Positions 21,163 to 30,890 of a stretch of 64,000 bases of DNA are shown here, in pieces. A program made the position numbers and the translations under genes. Under the pieces are notes generated by a model that worked only from the letters and a program-made list of their open reading frames with translations, was not told the origin of the DNA and searched no databases. Location of the stretch: assembly GCA_965218795.1 (NCBI GenBank), contig OZ244653.1, positions 2,560,001 to 2,624,000 of the forward strand, given 5' to 3'. This stretch comes from a bacterium. Lineage in GTDB: Bacteria > UBA8248 > JACPRG01 > G963555815. Every line of letters begins with the position of its first letter. Position 1 is the stretch's first letter.

Positions 21163-21882
21163 ATGGAACATCTCCAGGAAGAACTCAATTCGCTACTGGC
21201 GCAGCTACCAAATAAGGAGGAAATTCAAGACCGACTTGATTCCCTCGTATCGGTTTATCCTTTTAACGAATACGAATACCTTATCTCCACACTGCTCGCA
21301 ATGGACGCTCTCACTCTGGACGGCTATCACGAACTCCGTGACAGCTACATTAGCAGGAATCTCTACCTCTACATCTTTGAAATCAGCGCACCTCGTTCTT
21401 TTGGGGAAACCTGGGCGCAAGGCCGCTTGAAGGAATTGGTACCGGACCTGCCAAAACCATCAAAGAAAACTGATCCATCCTACTCGGGACAATACGACCT
21501 TTACCTTGAGGGTATTCGTATCGAGGTCAAAGCATCGCGCGCGGTAGACGCAAATATGGATGAGCCACTTTACGTCAAAGCGCTCGCCTCAGATTCAAGC
21601 AAGGACTTTTGGATGAATTTTCAACAAATGAAGCCGAGTTGTTGCGATGTTTTTGTGTGGATTGCGGTGTGGCGTGACATTATTCGGTATTGGGTTCTGT
21701 CTTCATATGAAGTTGAAACAAACCATTACTATTCTAAAGGCCAGCACCGTGGCAATGTCGGCGAAGGCCAGCTTCATATCAGACATGACAACATCCAATA
21801 TTTCGCAAATTATGAAGTGAAATCCAACAAGCTCGAAGAAGCGATTCGTGCAGCATATGACCGGCAAGCCGAAGAGCAATAA
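21163..21882 (+). CDS. Putative type II restriction endonuclease (PD-(D/E)xK)
   Basis: YD...IEVKASR and NFQQ motifs, next to the methylase, lower GC than flanks. Confidence 0.7.
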   Translation: MEHLQEELNSLLAQLPNKEEIQDRLDSLVSVYPFNEYEYLISTLLAMDALTLDGYHELRDSYISRNLYLYIFEISAPRSFGETWAQGRLKELVPDLPKPSKKTDPSYSGQYDLYLEGIRIEVKASRAVDANMDEPLYVKALASDSSKDFWMNFQQMKPSCCDVFVWIAVWRDIIRYWVLSSYEVETNHYYSKGQHRGNVGEGQLHIRHDNIQYFANYEVKSNKLEEAIRAAYDRQAEEQ

Positions 21883-22381
21883 CTGCGTCCCACTCCAATT
21901 GAGTGAACAGCCGTTGCACCGGAAATGATATCACCGGATCGTAAGGCGAACAACCGCCCCTGGAGCTATCCGAGTAGTGCAGTGTCGCTTCAAGCGACTC
22001 GCAGCGTAACTTAAAGTCGATCACCTGCGTCAAGACTTACCCAGCATCGCCGGTTGCCGAAAGTCGGTGCAAATGATTAGGCAATCCAAACAGTCCAGCT
22101 TGTCTTATCAAATTTTTCTCCGATGGACAACCGCAGGGAAGCATAGTGAAACCAAAATCGAATTTTCCTCTGAGGTTCGGAAAAGATCGGGTTTGCCGCT
22201 CAATCGCCGCTCGGACTGCAATCCCTTGCGGCAACCGAGCTTCCGGCAGATCGCGAATGCGTAGGCGATGCTCGTTTCCACCACCTTATGGCGGAAGCTA
22301 TCTCACACACCACGGCAAATCGCCGAATTGACGGTGAAGGGATTCAGGGATGAATGCCCGGCAATAAAGAACCGGGGCCGC

Positions 22382-24820
22382 TCAGGCGGGTACAGAGACC
22401 TTTTCCAGCTCGATGCGGCAATCGTTGAAAGCGGCCCCTTCCGAATATCCCGTCGTACGGTCCGGGGTGAGGAAATTGGCCGCGCCCAGATCGGGCGAGC
22501 CCCCCGAATACACCCGCACCGTCCCGGGAGAGGTGTTCGCTGTGACTTCGACCTCGATCTCGGTCTCGCCCCGGTCGTTGAACAGACGGACACGGTCGCC
22601 GTCCTGGATACCGCGGGAAGAGGCGTCCTCGGGATGCACCCAAGCCCGGTTGTACCCCAGACGCTGGAGCTTTTCGTGATTAGAAAACGTCGAATGGGCC
22701 CGGAAGATGGATTTCGGCGACACGAGCGTCAAGGGGAACGGTGAACCCGCCTTTTCCCGATGATCCCGTCCCTGCTCAAGGCCAGTCGAAGCCTCGCCGT
22801 CAGCCGCCCATTCGGGAAGGGGTGAGGCACCCCACGAGAGCACCTGCTCGCTGTATAACTCGATCTTCCCCGATGGCGTATCCACCTCCCAGGTGTCTTC
22901 CAGTGGGGGCATGTCCACGTCCAGGATGCCTTCGCGATCCAGCCGCTCCATGGTCACGTCCCGGAGCCACGGAAAGCGGGGGTCGTTCCGAGCCAGCTCG
23001 ACGACCTCCTCCACCCATTCGTCCGACGTCCTCCAGGGGAACTCCTCTCCATAACCCATGCGCCGCGCCAAGCCGCAAATGATCTCGAAATCGTCCCGGC
23101 TCTCTCCCCTCGGCTCGACGGCCCGGCGGGCGAAGAAGAGCTGCCGCCGGGGATCGAGGTGGCGAAGGTCCTGAATGTGCGTCGGCGCGACCTCGCTCCC
23201 CTCGATGATGCTCGTCCGTTCGAGGAACGTGGAAACCGGGAGGAACACATCCGCGTACTGGGCCGTGGGGGTCATGAAGAGGTCTGAGACGGCCACGAAA
23301 TCAAGGGCCTTCAACGCCCGGATGGTCTTCCGTCCGTCCGGATTCTGGCTGACGGGATTTCCCCACATGACGAGCAACGCGTGCAGGTCCGTCCCGTAGG
23401 TCTCAGGGTTCAGCACGGCTTCGGCCAGACGGCTGACCGGGAACCGATCCTTCACCGGGTTGGGGACGGCATAGCGCATCGCAGTGTCCGAAATGCCGAT
23501 GGCATAGAACCGCCTGAGGCCGACGGGGTCTTCCGCGCGAGCCAGGGGCTTCTGCTGGCCGGGCGCCGCCATCCCGCGAACCCGTCCGGTGACAACGTTC
23601 AACAGGGCAATGGCCTGAACGGCGGCCTCTCCGCTCCGGTTTCGCTGATAGCCCCCCTGGGAGACCTTCACTTTGGCCTGTCTCGATTTCCCCAGGAGCG
23701 CCGCGGTCTGCCGAATCACAGCCTCTGAGAGGCCGCACACCGAGGCTGCCTTCTCCGCGGGCCAAACCTCCGCCGCTTCCCGAAGCCTGAGATAACCCGT
23801 CCGGCAGGCGATCCCGCCTGGAGAAGCCGAGGCGGTCAGCGCGGCGTCCAATCCGGGGGGGGAGTCCGGCCCGGGCGGAACCGGATGCAGGCGGCCCGCC
23901 GCGTCGGAGACCATAGGCGCATCGGAGCCGCGCTGGACGACGTCTTTTTCGCGGAGAAACCGGCCCGTGTCCTCCCGCACCAGGAGCGGGGCGTTCGTAT
24001 GACCCGCCAGGAAGTCTTGATCGTCCCATCCGTTGGCGAAGATCTCGTTCAGCAGGGCCAAGGCCAGGGGCACATCCGTTCCGGGCCGAACAGCCAGATG
24101 GACATCAGCCAGTCGCTGTACGGAGAGACTCCGGACGGGATCGACGAAGACGATCTTCGTCCCCTTCCTTCTCGCCCGCTTCAACGACTGGGCGGGGCCC
24201 CGAACGCCCGTCTCCAGAGGATTGTACCCCCAGATGACGACAGCTTCGCAGTCTTCGTCCGGCGGAAGCGACACGTGCCATGAGCCGTACAGGGCCGCCG
24301 AGGCCTCCACGTACGCGGCCCAGCAGAGGTCGCCGCGTTCCGAGGCCGGAACGAATCCTCCCCACAGGTTGAGCAGGCGGTGGATGCTGAACTTGGCGCC
24401 CTTGGAGCCGCCGGGCAGTCCGTGCTGGCCGACATAATTGTAGAGCGCCACCGCGCGGTTCCCATACCTGGATTTCACGCGCTCAAGACCCTCTGCCACG
24501 ATATCCAGGGCCTCCTCCCAAGAGATTTGGCTCCATTCCCCCGAACCGCGGGGCCCGGTCCGCTTCATGGGCGAGAGGATGCGATCCGGATGGTTCAACC
24601 GGTCGATGAGCTGGAATCCCTTGATGCAGGGCGGGAACCTCATCTTTGGATGCGCCCGCAGCTTGACCGGCAGGCCGTCCGCCATCTCCACCAGCAGGCT
24701 GCAAGGGTGGTTGCCGCAGTGAGGCGCGCAGAGCGTGCTTTTTGGTTCCATGATCAAAGGATACTCCGGATCCGGGGGCTCATGGCCCCGGAAACCCCGT
24801 GGCTTCCCGGCATCTGCCAT
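22382..24820 (-). CDS. Molybdopterin oxidoreductase (DMSO reductase family) catalytic subunit
   Basis: CAPHCGNHPC...C Fe-S motif, RILSPMKRTGPRG, ISWEEAL, DLFMTPTAQYAD, TPSGKIE, HSTF. Start may be 24751. Confidence 0.9.
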   Translation of the reverse strand: MADAGKPRGFRGHEPPDPEYPLIMEPKSTLCAPHCGNHPCSLLVEMADGLPVKLRAHPKMRFPPCIKGFQLIDRLNHPDRILSPMKRTGPRGSGEWSQISWEEALDIVAEGLERVKSRYGNRAVALYNYVGQHGLPGGSKGAKFSIHRLLNLWGGFVPASERGDLCWAAYVEASAALYGSWHVSLPPDEDCEAVVIWGYNPLETGVRGPAQSLKRARRKGTKIVFVDPVRSLSVQRLADVHLAVRPGTDVPLALALLNEIFANGWDDQDFLAGHTNAPLLVREDTGRFLREKDVVQRGSDAPMVSDAAGRLHPVPPGPDSPPGLDAALTASASPGGIACRTGYLRLREAAEVWPAEKAASVCGLSEAVIRQTAALLGKSRQAKVKVSQGGYQRNRSGEAAVQAIALLNVVTGRVRGMAAPGQQKPLARAEDPVGLRRFYAIGISDTAMRYAVPNPVKDRFPVSRLAEAVLNPETYGTDLHALLVMWGNPVSQNPDGRKTIRALKALDFVAVSDLFMTPTAQYADVFLPVSTFLERTSIIEGSEVAPTHIQDLRHLDPRRQLFFARRAVEPRGESRDDFEIICGLARRMGYGEEFPWRTSDEWVEEVVELARNDPRFPWLRDVTMERLDREGILDVDMPPLEDTWEVDTPSGKIELYSEQVLSWGASPLPEWAADGEASTGLEQGRDHREKAGSPFPLTLVSPKSIFRAHSTFSNHEKLQRLGYNRAWVHPEDASSRGIQDGDRVRLFNDRGETEIEVEVTANTSPGTVRVYSGGSPDLGAANFLTPDRTTGYSEGAAFNDCRIELEKVSVPA

Positions 24821-25048
24821 GCGCCGGGTCAGAATGACGATTTTCTATTGTAACCCAGTTCAATGGGAATGAGCCATCCGGAGAGGACGATGAAGGTCAT
24901 GTCCACGAGGGCGATCTTCAGCTTGCCCTTCATACAGAGAAGCCTCGGCTTCATCTGCGGCTTCACGCTGATGACGGCAATGGACAACGCGCTCGGCTGA
25001 CGCGAAGGCTGTCCCTTGCCCCCTTCCGTGCTGGGCTATAATGCGCTG

Positions 25049-25918
25049 ATGTTTTCCTGGATGCCCACCGAAGCCGCAGCTATCCTGGTTTCGCTTATTT
25101 TCGCCATTCGGAACATCATCGTCCGGGCCGGGCAGCAATACGCCACTCCCCTCATCAGCACATTCGCCGTCACGCTGATCACATCGGTATTTCTCGTCCC
25201 CTTGACGCTTTACGAATGGTCGGGATATCTGATCAACTGGACGGGGATTTTCTGGTTCGTCATGGCGGGCGTGACCGCTCCGGGCCTCGCGCTGTTGCTT
25301 TACTTCGCCAGCGTCCAGCGTATCGGGGTGGCGCGGGCTTCTCCCATTGCCAGCATCCAGCCGCTGATCTCCCTCGTCATCGCCGTGATCTTTCTCGGCG
25401 AGCGTCCGAGCATCCCCGTGTACATCGGCTCCCTTATGGTGGTGGGAGGGGTTGTCGTCCTGACCAGCGAGAAGGGGCAGCTCCGCTGGACGCTGAAAGA
25501 AATTTCCATCCCCCTGCTGGCCTCGATGTTTTGGGGCGTATCCACCATTTTCCGGAAGCTGGGGATGAATGCGACCCCCTGGCCGTCCTTCGGCGGTCTG
25601 GTCATTGCCATTGCGGCCCTGGCGACCCTTGTGGCGGCATCGCCGATGTTCGAGCGGGGGAACCGATGGCGGCTCGAGCGGCCCGGGGTGCCTTACCTTC
25701 TGGCTGCCGGTTTGTTTCTCGGAGCGGGATTCTACTTCCACATGTTCGCCCTCGGGCTGGGGATGGTGGCGCGCGTTGCGCCGCTCGCAAACTCCTCTCC
25801 CGTGATGACCGTCATCCTGACGGCGATATTTCTCCGCCGTATCGAGGTCGTGACGGCCCGGGTGCTCCTTTCCACGTTCGTCATTTTCGCCGGCGGGGCG
25901 TTGATTACAGTCTACTAG
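25049..25918 (+). CDS. DMT/EamA family transporter
   Basis: About 10 TM helices, IGVARASPI, FLGER, duplicated EamA pattern. Confidence 0.85.
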   Translation: MFSWMPTEAAAILVSLIFAIRNIIVRAGQQYATPLISTFAVTLITSVFLVPLTLYEWSGYLINWTGIFWFVMAGVTAPGLALLLYFASVQRIGVARASPIASIQPLISLVIAVIFLGERPSIPVYIGSLMVVGGVVVLTSEKGQLRWTLKEISIPLLASMFWGVSTIFRKLGMNATPWPSFGGLVIAIAALATLVAASPMFERGNRWRLERPGVPYLLAAGLFLGAGFYFHMFALGLGMVARVAPLANSSPVMTVILTAIFLRRIEVVTARVLLSTFVIFAGGALITVY

Positions 25919-26042
25919 CACTCGGCAGGCGATTCCTACCAGCAAAAACGTGTAAAATTGACGCACCGGGGGGAGCGACCCAACGCGGTCCGTTTGATCG
26001 CTCTGATTCGTCTCCTCACGGTCATGCCAATGGAGGCGCCCC

Positions 26043-27239
26043 ATGCTCAAGGCAACCAAGGATATCGCGCTGGCGACCACAATCACCGGCTCCCTGCCCC
26101 GCCCATCCTGGTACACGGCCAACCTCGCCGGGAGACCCTTTCGACAGGCCATGGCCGAAAGCGTTTTCCGCGAACAATACAACGATGCGGTTTCCTGCTT
26201 CATTCGGGATCAGGAACGCGCGGGGCTCGACATCCTCACGGACGGCGACTGCCGATTCGATACCGACGTCGGGGGACGGTCATGGGTGACCTACCCCGCC
26301 CAGCGGATCAACGGCATGACGGGCTACGACCACACCACCCGGCACACGAATTGGGGAGGGACGGCGCCGGGCGAGCTTCTCTATGAGGTCCTCGAGGCCA
26401 GGATGCTCCCCATCGTGACCGAAAAGGTGAGCCGGGGACCGCTGGAGTTCGGCCCGGTTTGGAAAGCGGCCCAGAAGATGACCCGGAAGCCCGTCAAGTT
26501 CGGAACGATCACGGCCGAATGCCTCGAATCCACCTGCGGCAACGAGTACTACGAAGACCGGCGGGAGCTTGTCATGGACTTGGCGGCGTTGCTCAATGCG
26601 GAGGCCCTGGACCTGGCCAGGGCGGGCTGCCCCATCGTTCAGATGGAGGAACCTTGGGTCCACCGTCTCCAGCACCATGAAGATGATCGGGGAATGGGGA
26701 TCGATTTCTACGTTGACGCCTTCAACCGGACGGTACAGGGCCTCGGCGAGCTGACAGAGGTCTGGTGCCACACCTGTTGGGGAAGCCCGGCCGCCCAGCG
26801 CTTTTACGATGAAGGAGAGCAGAGATACGCCCGGTCTCTGGAAAAGCTGAACCGGCTTCAGGCTGATGTGATCACCGTGGAGGCCGCCAATTCGCCCGAA
26901 TGGGAGTTCGAGGCCATCGGGAAGACGATCGCCGAGAAGAAAATCGCAATCGGCGTGGTGGACCACCGAACCCTTCAAATCGAAACCCCTGAACAAATCG
27001 CCCGCATGGTTCGCGAGGCTTTGAAACACATCCCCCCCGAACGCCTGATCCTTTCCTCCAACTGCGGTTTCGGCCGGGAGGGAATGAGCCGGCGCCACGC
27101 CTTCTACAAAATGGCAGCCATTGTCCGCGGCGGGAATATCGTCCGGCGGGAGCTCGGGATTTCCGAGGCCGACTGTCTGGCCGAAGACCCCCGCTTCCTC
27201 CTCGTGGACAAGGATGAGCGCCCGTATCCGCCGCAATGA
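26043..27239 (+). CDS. Cobalamin-independent methionine synthase II-like protein (MetE C-terminal domain), copy 1
   Basis: TITGSLPRP, QERAGLDILTDG, HTCWG and NCG Zn ligands. Confidence 0.88.
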   Translation: MLKATKDIALATTITGSLPRPSWYTANLAGRPFRQAMAESVFREQYNDAVSCFIRDQERAGLDILTDGDCRFDTDVGGRSWVTYPAQRINGMTGYDHTTRHTNWGGTAPGELLYEVLEARMLPIVTEKVSRGPLEFGPVWKAAQKMTRKPVKFGTITAECLESTCGNEYYEDRRELVMDLAALLNAEALDLARAGCPIVQMEEPWVHRLQHHEDDRGMGIDFYVDAFNRTVQGLGELTEVWCHTCWGSPAAQRFYDEGEQRYARSLEKLNRLQADVITVEAANSPEWEFEAIGKTIAEKKIAIGVVDHRTLQIETPEQIARMVREALKHIPPERLILSSNCGFGREGMSRRHAFYKMAAIVRGGNIVRRELGISEADCLAEDPRFLLVDKDERPYPPQ

Positions 27240-27290
27240 GCGCAAATCGACACGACGGCCTGACGATGTGAATCCGGGAGAGCCATCCAT

Positions 27291-28469
27291 TTGATCACAG
27301 CGACCCAAGACATCCCCCTGGCCACCACGATTACGGGTTCCCTTCCCCGCCCTTCCTGGTTTACCGCCCGATTGGGGGAAAGGCCATTCCGGCTGGCTAT
27401 GGCCGAGAGCGTCTTCCGCGAGCAGTACGGCGACGCGGTGGCCTGCTACCTGAGCGATCAAGAGCGGGCGGGACTGGACATCCTGACGGACGGAGACTGC
27501 CGGTTCGATACGGACGTGGCCGGAGGCGGCTGGGCGCTGTACCCGGCCCGGCGCATCCAGGGAATGACGGGCTACGTCCATACGCCGGAGCAGACGAATC
27601 AGGGCGGATCGAAACCCGGTGACCTGGTGTACGAGGTTCTCGAGGCCCGCATGCCGCCGATGGCGACGAGCAAACTCGGCCGCGGACCGTTGGAGTACGG
27701 TCCCATCTGGAAGACCGCGCAAAAAATGACGCGCCGGCCCGTCAAATTTGGAACCATTACGGCGGAATGCCTCTCGTCCCATTGCGGCAACGAGTTCTAC
27801 AAAGACCGGCAGGAGATGATCATGGACATGGCGGCCGTCCTGAACGAAGAGCTTCTGGATCTGGCCCAAGCCGGCTGCCCCGTCATCCAGATGGAAGAGC
27901 CCGTGGTCCACCGCCTGGACTACCATGAGGGCGATCAGAGGGCGGATTTCCATATCCAGGCGTTCAATCGTACCGTTCAGGGGTTGAGGGAACGGACGGA
28001 GGTCTGGTGCCACACCTGCTGGGGGAGCCCGGCATCCCAGCGCTTCTACGGCGAGGGCGATCAAACCTATGCCCGCTCCCTTGAAACGCTGAACGAGCTC
28101 GACACGGACGCGCTCACCTTCGAGTTTGCCAGCTCGCCCGAGTGGGAGTTCGAGGCCATCGGGAGCGTGATCCAGGAAAAGAAAATCGCCATCGGCGTCG
28201 TGAGCCACCGGACGCTTCAGGTGGAATCACCGGAAGAGGTGGCCCGAATGGTCCGCGAGGCGCTGAAGCACATCCCGCCCGAGCGCTTGATCCTGTCATC
28301 CGATTGCGGGTTCGGCCGCGAGGGGGTGAGCCGCCGCCATGCCTTTTACAAAATGGCGGCCATCGTCCGGGGGGCCAACATCGTCCGCAGGGAGCTGGGC
28401 CTGCCCGAGGCCGTCTGCCTGGCCGAGGATTCAAAGTTTACGCTGGTGGAAAGCGGACCGGATCCGTAG
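27291..28469 (+). CDS. Cobalamin-independent methionine synthase II-like protein, copy 2
   Basis: Same motifs (HTCWG, DCG), collinear with copy 1. TTG start. Confidence 0.88.
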   Translation: MITATQDIPLATTITGSLPRPSWFTARLGERPFRLAMAESVFREQYGDAVACYLSDQERAGLDILTDGDCRFDTDVAGGGWALYPARRIQGMTGYVHTPEQTNQGGSKPGDLVYEVLEARMPPMATSKLGRGPLEYGPIWKTAQKMTRRPVKFGTITAECLSSHCGNEFYKDRQEMIMDMAAVLNEELLDLAQAGCPVIQMEEPVVHRLDYHEGDQRADFHIQAFNRTVQGLRERTEVWCHTCWGSPASQRFYGEGDQTYARSLETLNELDTDALTFEFASSPEWEFEAIGSVIQEKKIAIGVVSHRTLQVESPEEVARMVREALKHIPPERLILSSDCGFGREGVSRRHAFYKMAAIVRGANIVRRELGLPEAVCLAEDSKFTLVESGPDP

Positions 28470-28497
28470 TCCGGCCGGACCCGGTCCGGCTCCAGTA

Positions 28498-28527
28498 GAA
28501 ACGCCCGGGCTCAGGCCCGGGCGTTTC
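28498..28527. terminator. Hairpin between convergent genes, probable bidirectional terminator
   Basis: GAAACGCCCGGGC-TCAG-GCCCGGGCGTTTC, perfect 13-bp stem. Confidence 0.7.
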
Positions 28528-28560
28528 GGATGGATGCCTCCGCTCGGCATTCCCCTTCCG

Positions 28561-29576
28561 TTAATTGCTGGTCGGCAGGAACTGGTTGGTGTACAGATCC
28601 TTCACCGCCACGGCGCATGGGTTCTTCCCCAGACCGCTCATGATCGCGTTCCGCGTGAACTTCATTTTCTTCTCGGTCATGTAGCCCAGCCCGTACTGGA
28701 TGGTCGTCTCCGTCAGCATGGAATTGTTGGCGGTCTGCCACTTGAGCATTTCCGACCGCTTCTTCGACTGCGGATTGTGCTTGAGAAGGATGTCCACGGC
28801 TTCCCCGGGGTTCTTGGAGGTCCAGGCCAGGCTCTTGAGGGAGGCGTGAATGAACCGACGGACTTGATCCGGGTTGCTCTGGATGCGTGTATCCAGGGTG
28901 TTCAACGCGAGGGAGTAAAGATTCATCCCCCAGTCGGAGAAAACAAGCCGGTGAATCTTTTTCCCGATCTTTTCGGCGCCCTCCACGATGTTGTGATCGA
29001 CGCTGGTGAAGGTGGCGATGGAATCCACCTTTCCCGCGTACATCGACGGGGCCATGGCCGAAGGAGGCATGGCCACCCATTTCACCTTGGCCATATCCAC
29101 TCCGTTCACTTTCGCAAAGAGAGGAAAGACCGTCCGCAGCGAAGACCAGACAGGAGCGCCGACCGTGCGGCCCTCGAGGTCTTTGGGTTTCATGATGCCG
29201 GAACCCGCCAGGGTGTAGACGACATTGAGGTCTTTCGCCAGAAAGACACCGATAGCCCGGATGCCCACGTTTTGCGCGCGCGCCTTGATGATTTCCCCCA
29301 TGTCCGCCAAACCGAATTCAGCCGCCTTGCCCACGACCGCTTTCACGGCTTTGGCCGACCCCGCTCCCTTGATAAAGGTCAGGTCCAGGCCGTTTTCCTT
29401 GTAGAAGCCCTTCTCCTTTCCGGCGAACCAGGCCGATTGCTGTCCGTCTGCCACCCAATTCAGGATGAAGCGGACCCCCTCTCGGCAGAGGCCGTGCCGG
29501 TCCATAGGATGAGTCCCAAAGACAGCATCGCCAGCGTCCCAAGACTCCGATAGGAGAGATTTCGGATCGGGTTCAT
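28561..29576 (-). pseudogene. ABC substrate-binding protein (NMT1/THI5-like) with a frameshift after the signal peptide
   Basis: Signal peptide MNPIRN...WTGTASA from ATG 29576 is out of frame with GVRFILNW...KGFYKENGLDL. One base is missing near the homopolymer at 29475-29479. Confidence 0.8.
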
Positions 29577-29598
29577 GTCGTCTATATGGACGCCTCCC

Positions 29599-29857
29599 GG
29601 TTTGCGAGGGACGATTTGGTGTTTCCGGACAACAGGTTGCAGTTCTATATGCGGCCTGTTTGTGCAGGGCTTGTGCCTGCTGGCCCCGATGGAATCTGCC
29701 GACCCGCGCCTCATTCTCCTTGAGGGCTTTTCGCCCCTGACGACATGCAGGCTTGGCGGATCGCGGTCTGACCTGTTGGCCATCACACCTTGTCGTACCT
29801 TGCGCAACCTTTCAGCGTGCCACCTCCTTGGTTGGTGGTTCCTGTCGCCAACCGCGC
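29599..29857 (-). ncRNA. Bridge/seek RNA of the IS1111 element
   Basis: Two stem-bounded internal loops match the flanking target (29739-29747, 29715-29721) and the donor junction (29689-29695, 29643-29651). Transcript ends unknown. Confidence 0.8.
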
Positions 29858-30671
29858 TTACGCGGCCTGACTGACAAAATTTGGTTGGTACGCCCGGACA
29901 TGGGCCAGCAAGGCCCAGATCGTGCGCGCCGTCTTGTTCGCCAGCGCAACAGCGACGACGTTCGCCGGCCGGCGCTCGGCCAGTCGCGCTCAGCACCCCG
30001 ACACCGGGGATCTCCGCGATCCGCTGGCTGGCCGCATTGTCCCGATGCCACAGCTTGAGCCGCCGCTCGATATCGCCAATCTCCTCGTCGAGCCGGGCCA
30101 CACGCGCCCACTGCTCACGCAAGGTCTCCACGACCATCGCCGGCAATCGTTCCGAGACCCGCTCAAGGGCCACGGCCATACCCCCCCCTCATACCGGCCC
30201 GGCCTTGCAGCATGACTTCGCCGTATTCGGCCAACAGACCGCGCAGGCCGTTGAATCTGGGCGGTGCGGAACTTCACCAGCTGCTGGCGCATGCGATGCA
30301 GCGCCAGGACCGCCTGTTGCTCCTCGCTCTTGAGCGCAACCGTCTTGATGCCGGGCTGCTGCACCGCCGTCCAGAGCGCGCGTGCGTCATGTACATCGCT
30401 CTTGTTGCCGCCCACGAACGGTCCTGACCATCTTTGCCGGCAGAAGCCTGACCGCGTGGCCCAGCTCCTGCAGCCGGCGCGACCAGTGCTGCGAGCCGCC
30501 GCACGCCTCCATGCCAATCAGGCACGGCGCGCGATTGGCGAAGTGCTCCAGGAACTTCGCCCGTGTCAGCCTCAGACCCATGATCTCGCCCGTCTCCATG
30601 TCGACCCAGTACAGTTGAAACACCCTTTTCGCCGTATCCACGCCCACGACCGTTCTGCCAGTCTTCATCAT
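29858..30671 (-). pseudogene. IS110/IS1111 transposase (DEDD recombinase), frameshifted and internally deleted
   Basis: VVGVDTAK, IGMEACG, NKSDVHDA, IPGVGVLSA, AVALANKTAR are spread over several frames. The usual GLVP..SSGG..RISKRG segment is missing at about 29981. Confidence 0.9.
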
Positions 30672-30890
30672 TGGACCCTCCGGTTGGCTTGGGAAGAGTT
30701 TATTCTTCCCCCTTGGGCACTGTGATGCCGTCGGCCCCCGTGGGTCCACTTTAGCCCTCTCGCCGTCCAACATCAGGGAGTGGGAGGCGTCCATTCCATT
30801 CTCCCTAAGAAGAATCCTCATTGTCGCTCCAGCCGCATGTGCGGGAACCTGCATTTCTGATCGTTGCTTCGTCATCAGGCCGGTCGGCCC

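Larger units (their letters stand above)
29583..30801 (-). mobile_element. IS110-family, IS1111-type insertion sequence (defective)
   Basis: 13-bp subterminal IRs ATGGACGCCTCCC (29586-29598) and GGGAGGCGTCCAT (30782-30794), GA core at both junctions, transposase remnant, long 3' non-coding region. Confidence 0.9.

Noticed and set aside
21883-22380. Possible transposase remnant after the nuclease gene
   Set aside because: Only a vague short peptide resemblance, not supportable.
20339-30190. Programmed frameshifting or phase variation as a general explanation for frameshifts at G/C runs
   Set aside because: The runs are mostly short (4-5 nt). Homopolymer sequencing error or decay is equally plausible without reads.
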